64,000 bases of DNA from a virus: the IMG/VR virus record IMGVR_UViG_2912445111_000002, positions 1,296 through 65,295 of that record, one strand, 5' to 3'. The notes below the pieces were generated by a model that was given only the letters and a program-made list of their open reading frames with translations, searched no databases and had not been told where the DNA came from. Of the stretch, positions 62,563 to 64,000 are shown piece after piece; the first letter of the stretch is position 1, and the number at the start of each line of letters is the position of its first letter. The position numbers were made by a program, and so were the translations under genes.

Positions 62563-64000
62563 ATGCGAAAACTCTTAGCCGCCTTTCTGCTGCTCGTCAC
62601 GTTGCCGGCACTCGCTCAGTTCACACCTGGTCAGGTGCTGACCGCGGCACAGCTCAACAACCAGTTCTCGCTCTATGTGCCGCTGGCGGGCGGCACACTC
62701 ACGGGCCCACTGACGGTGCCCACGCTCTCGGTTACGGGTTCCGTCACGACGCCAACGGTAACGGCAGCGCCGACCTCCGGTGCCGCGCTAACGGTCAACC
62801 CGGCCGGCACGAATTCTTCGTTCATTGACTTCACCAATGGTGGAACGCCAGGTCTCGGATATGCCTATGTCGGCTTCGATGTCCCTGGCGGTACCTTGGC
62901 ATCCGGGACGACGCCGCAAGCATTCATTGTAGGGTCGGGCGGAAACCACCCTGTTCAGATTGTCTCGAATAATATCGTTGTCGGCACATTCAGTAGTTCT
63001 GGCCTTTCTCTTCCGACATCGTTGAGCATTTCGTCCGGTGGTACTGGTGCAACGACGGCGACGGACGCGACAGCCAATTTGCAATATCTACAAGGAGCAC
63101 CCGGCAGTATTGCCAGGTCTCTGGCTGGCAAATTGGGGGAGCGCATTAGCGTCAAGGATTTCGGAGCGCTTGGGGACGGGATTAATCGTTTTGATGGGGC
63201 TATCACCTCTGGATCTGCGGTGCTTACTTCCGCGTCTGGGACGTTCTCATCGTCAGATATTGGGAAGCCAATCATCGTGAGTGGGGCGGCTTCTGCCGGG
63301 TTGCCTCTTGTTACGACAATTGCGTCAGTTTCGAGCGCTACGTCTGCAACCCTGTCAGCCAACGCAAGCACCACTGTTTCTGGGGCTTCGTATGTGTACG
63401 GGACTGACGATACCTCGGCGATCAATGCTGCCGTAGCATCGATCAGGCTCACGGGGGGAATAATTTATTTTCCCCGCGGCACGTATATGCAGACCAGCAC
63501 CATAACTGAGAACAACCAGTATGTGATGTTCTTGGGCGATGGGGGCGCCATCGACGGCAATCAGACGTTCACCAATACGTGGGCCAACATCGTCAGTAGC
63601 GCAGCGACACGAGTTGTATGGGCTGGCGCCGCGAATGGGACGATGCTCAACATTCAGCCCGTCGACGATGGTGCGCATGCGCCACTGAACGGCAATGGTG
63701 TCACCGGAATGATGTGGGATTGCGCAGAGCGAGCCCAGATCGGCTGGCTGTTCAAGACGCTCCGAAACGGAAAATTTTCTGATTCCTCAGTTGTCCGCTG
63801 CACCAACATCAATATCAGTCTCGGCACGACTACAAATAACGTTTATGGAGGAAATGTAAGCCTTTCCGGAAACGTTTTTGACAACGTTGCGGCAAGTAAC
63901 GCCAACCTTACTGCGACGACGAATTCTGCAATTCCATGGGTGATGTGGGGAAACGCTTTGATCGGCGGTGTCAACGAGAATGAATTTCGCAACCTCCAAG
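62563..64000 (+). CDS. Tailspike/beta-helix glycosidase-like protein with N-terminal signal-like peptide (truncated by window edge)
   Basis: Hand-translated MRKLLAAFLLLVTLPALA...; SVKDFGALGDG...DDTSAINAA...IYFPRGTY. Confidence 0.8.
   Translation, partial: MRKLLAAFLLLVTLPALAQFTPGQVLTAAQLNNQFSLYVPLAGGTLTGPLTVPTLSVTGSVTTPTVTAAPTSGAALTVNPAGTNSSFIDFTNGGTPGLGYAYVGFDVPGGTLASGTTPQAFIVGSGGNHPVQIVSNNIVVGTFSSSGLSLPTSLSISSGGTGATTATDATANLQYLQGAPGSIARSLAGKLGERISVKDFGALGDGINRFDGAITSGSAVLTSASGTFSSSDIGKPIIVSGAASAGLPLVTTIASVSSATSATLSANASTTVSGASYVYGTDDTSAINAAVASIRLTGGIIYFPRGTYMQTSTITENNQYVMFLGDGGAIDGNQTFTNTWANIVSSAATRVVWAGAANGTMLNIQPVDDGAHAPLNGNGVTGMMWDCAERAQIGWLFKTLRNGKFSDSSVVRCTNINISLGTTTNNVYGGNVSLSGNVFDNVAASNANLTATTNSAIPWVMWGNALIGGVNENEFRNLQ

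Larger units (their letters stand above)
1..64000. mobile_element. Temperate phage/prophage: lambdoid regulation, lambda-like cos head, Mu-like contractile tail; both ends outside the window
   Basis: Continuous phage gene order from early operon through immunity, replication, Q, terminase, head, sheath, baseplate and fibre; no host housekeeping genes. Confidence 0.97.

Noticed and set aside
60536..64000. Diversity-generating retroelement or invertible tail-fibre cassette
   Set aside because: No reverse transcriptase, invertase, template/variable repeat pair or inversion sites seen in the window

Overview
The whole window is one temperate phage or prophage of high GC, probably from a Burkholderiaceae-like betaproteobacterium (inferred from GC and gene style). 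No integrase, att site or lysis cassette falls inside the window. Layout: (i) 1-19.2 kb, leftward early operon of small genes, including a Lar-like protein, a DNA methyltransferase, a YqaJ exonuclease, an Ea10-like and a P22 gp17-like protein, an acyl-carrier-protein-like gene and a 27-bp repeat protein. It is interrupted by an intact IS66 (12166-15250, 8-bp target duplication) that carries a passenger gene and splits an HNH-like gene. (ii) 19.2-20.3 kb, lambdoid immunity switch with PL, PR, TTAGG-N4-CCTAA operators, a short cI and cro. (iii) 20.5-34 kb, replication and nin-like genes, then a Q-like antiterminator. (iv) 34.6-36.1 kb, eight tRNAs interleaved with two ~250-nt structured RNAs ending in CCA. 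(v) 40.7-64 kb, a lambda-type cos, terminase and head joined to a Mu-type contractile tail, with two antisense morons. Most notable: the two CCA-ended RNAs, a co-varying three-way-junction/kissing-loop leader upstream of two unrelated homing endonucleases, and an ACP homologue whose phosphopantetheine serine is replaced by Asp. All family calls come from motif recognition by eye and all RNA folds were paired by hand; no searches or folding programs were run.
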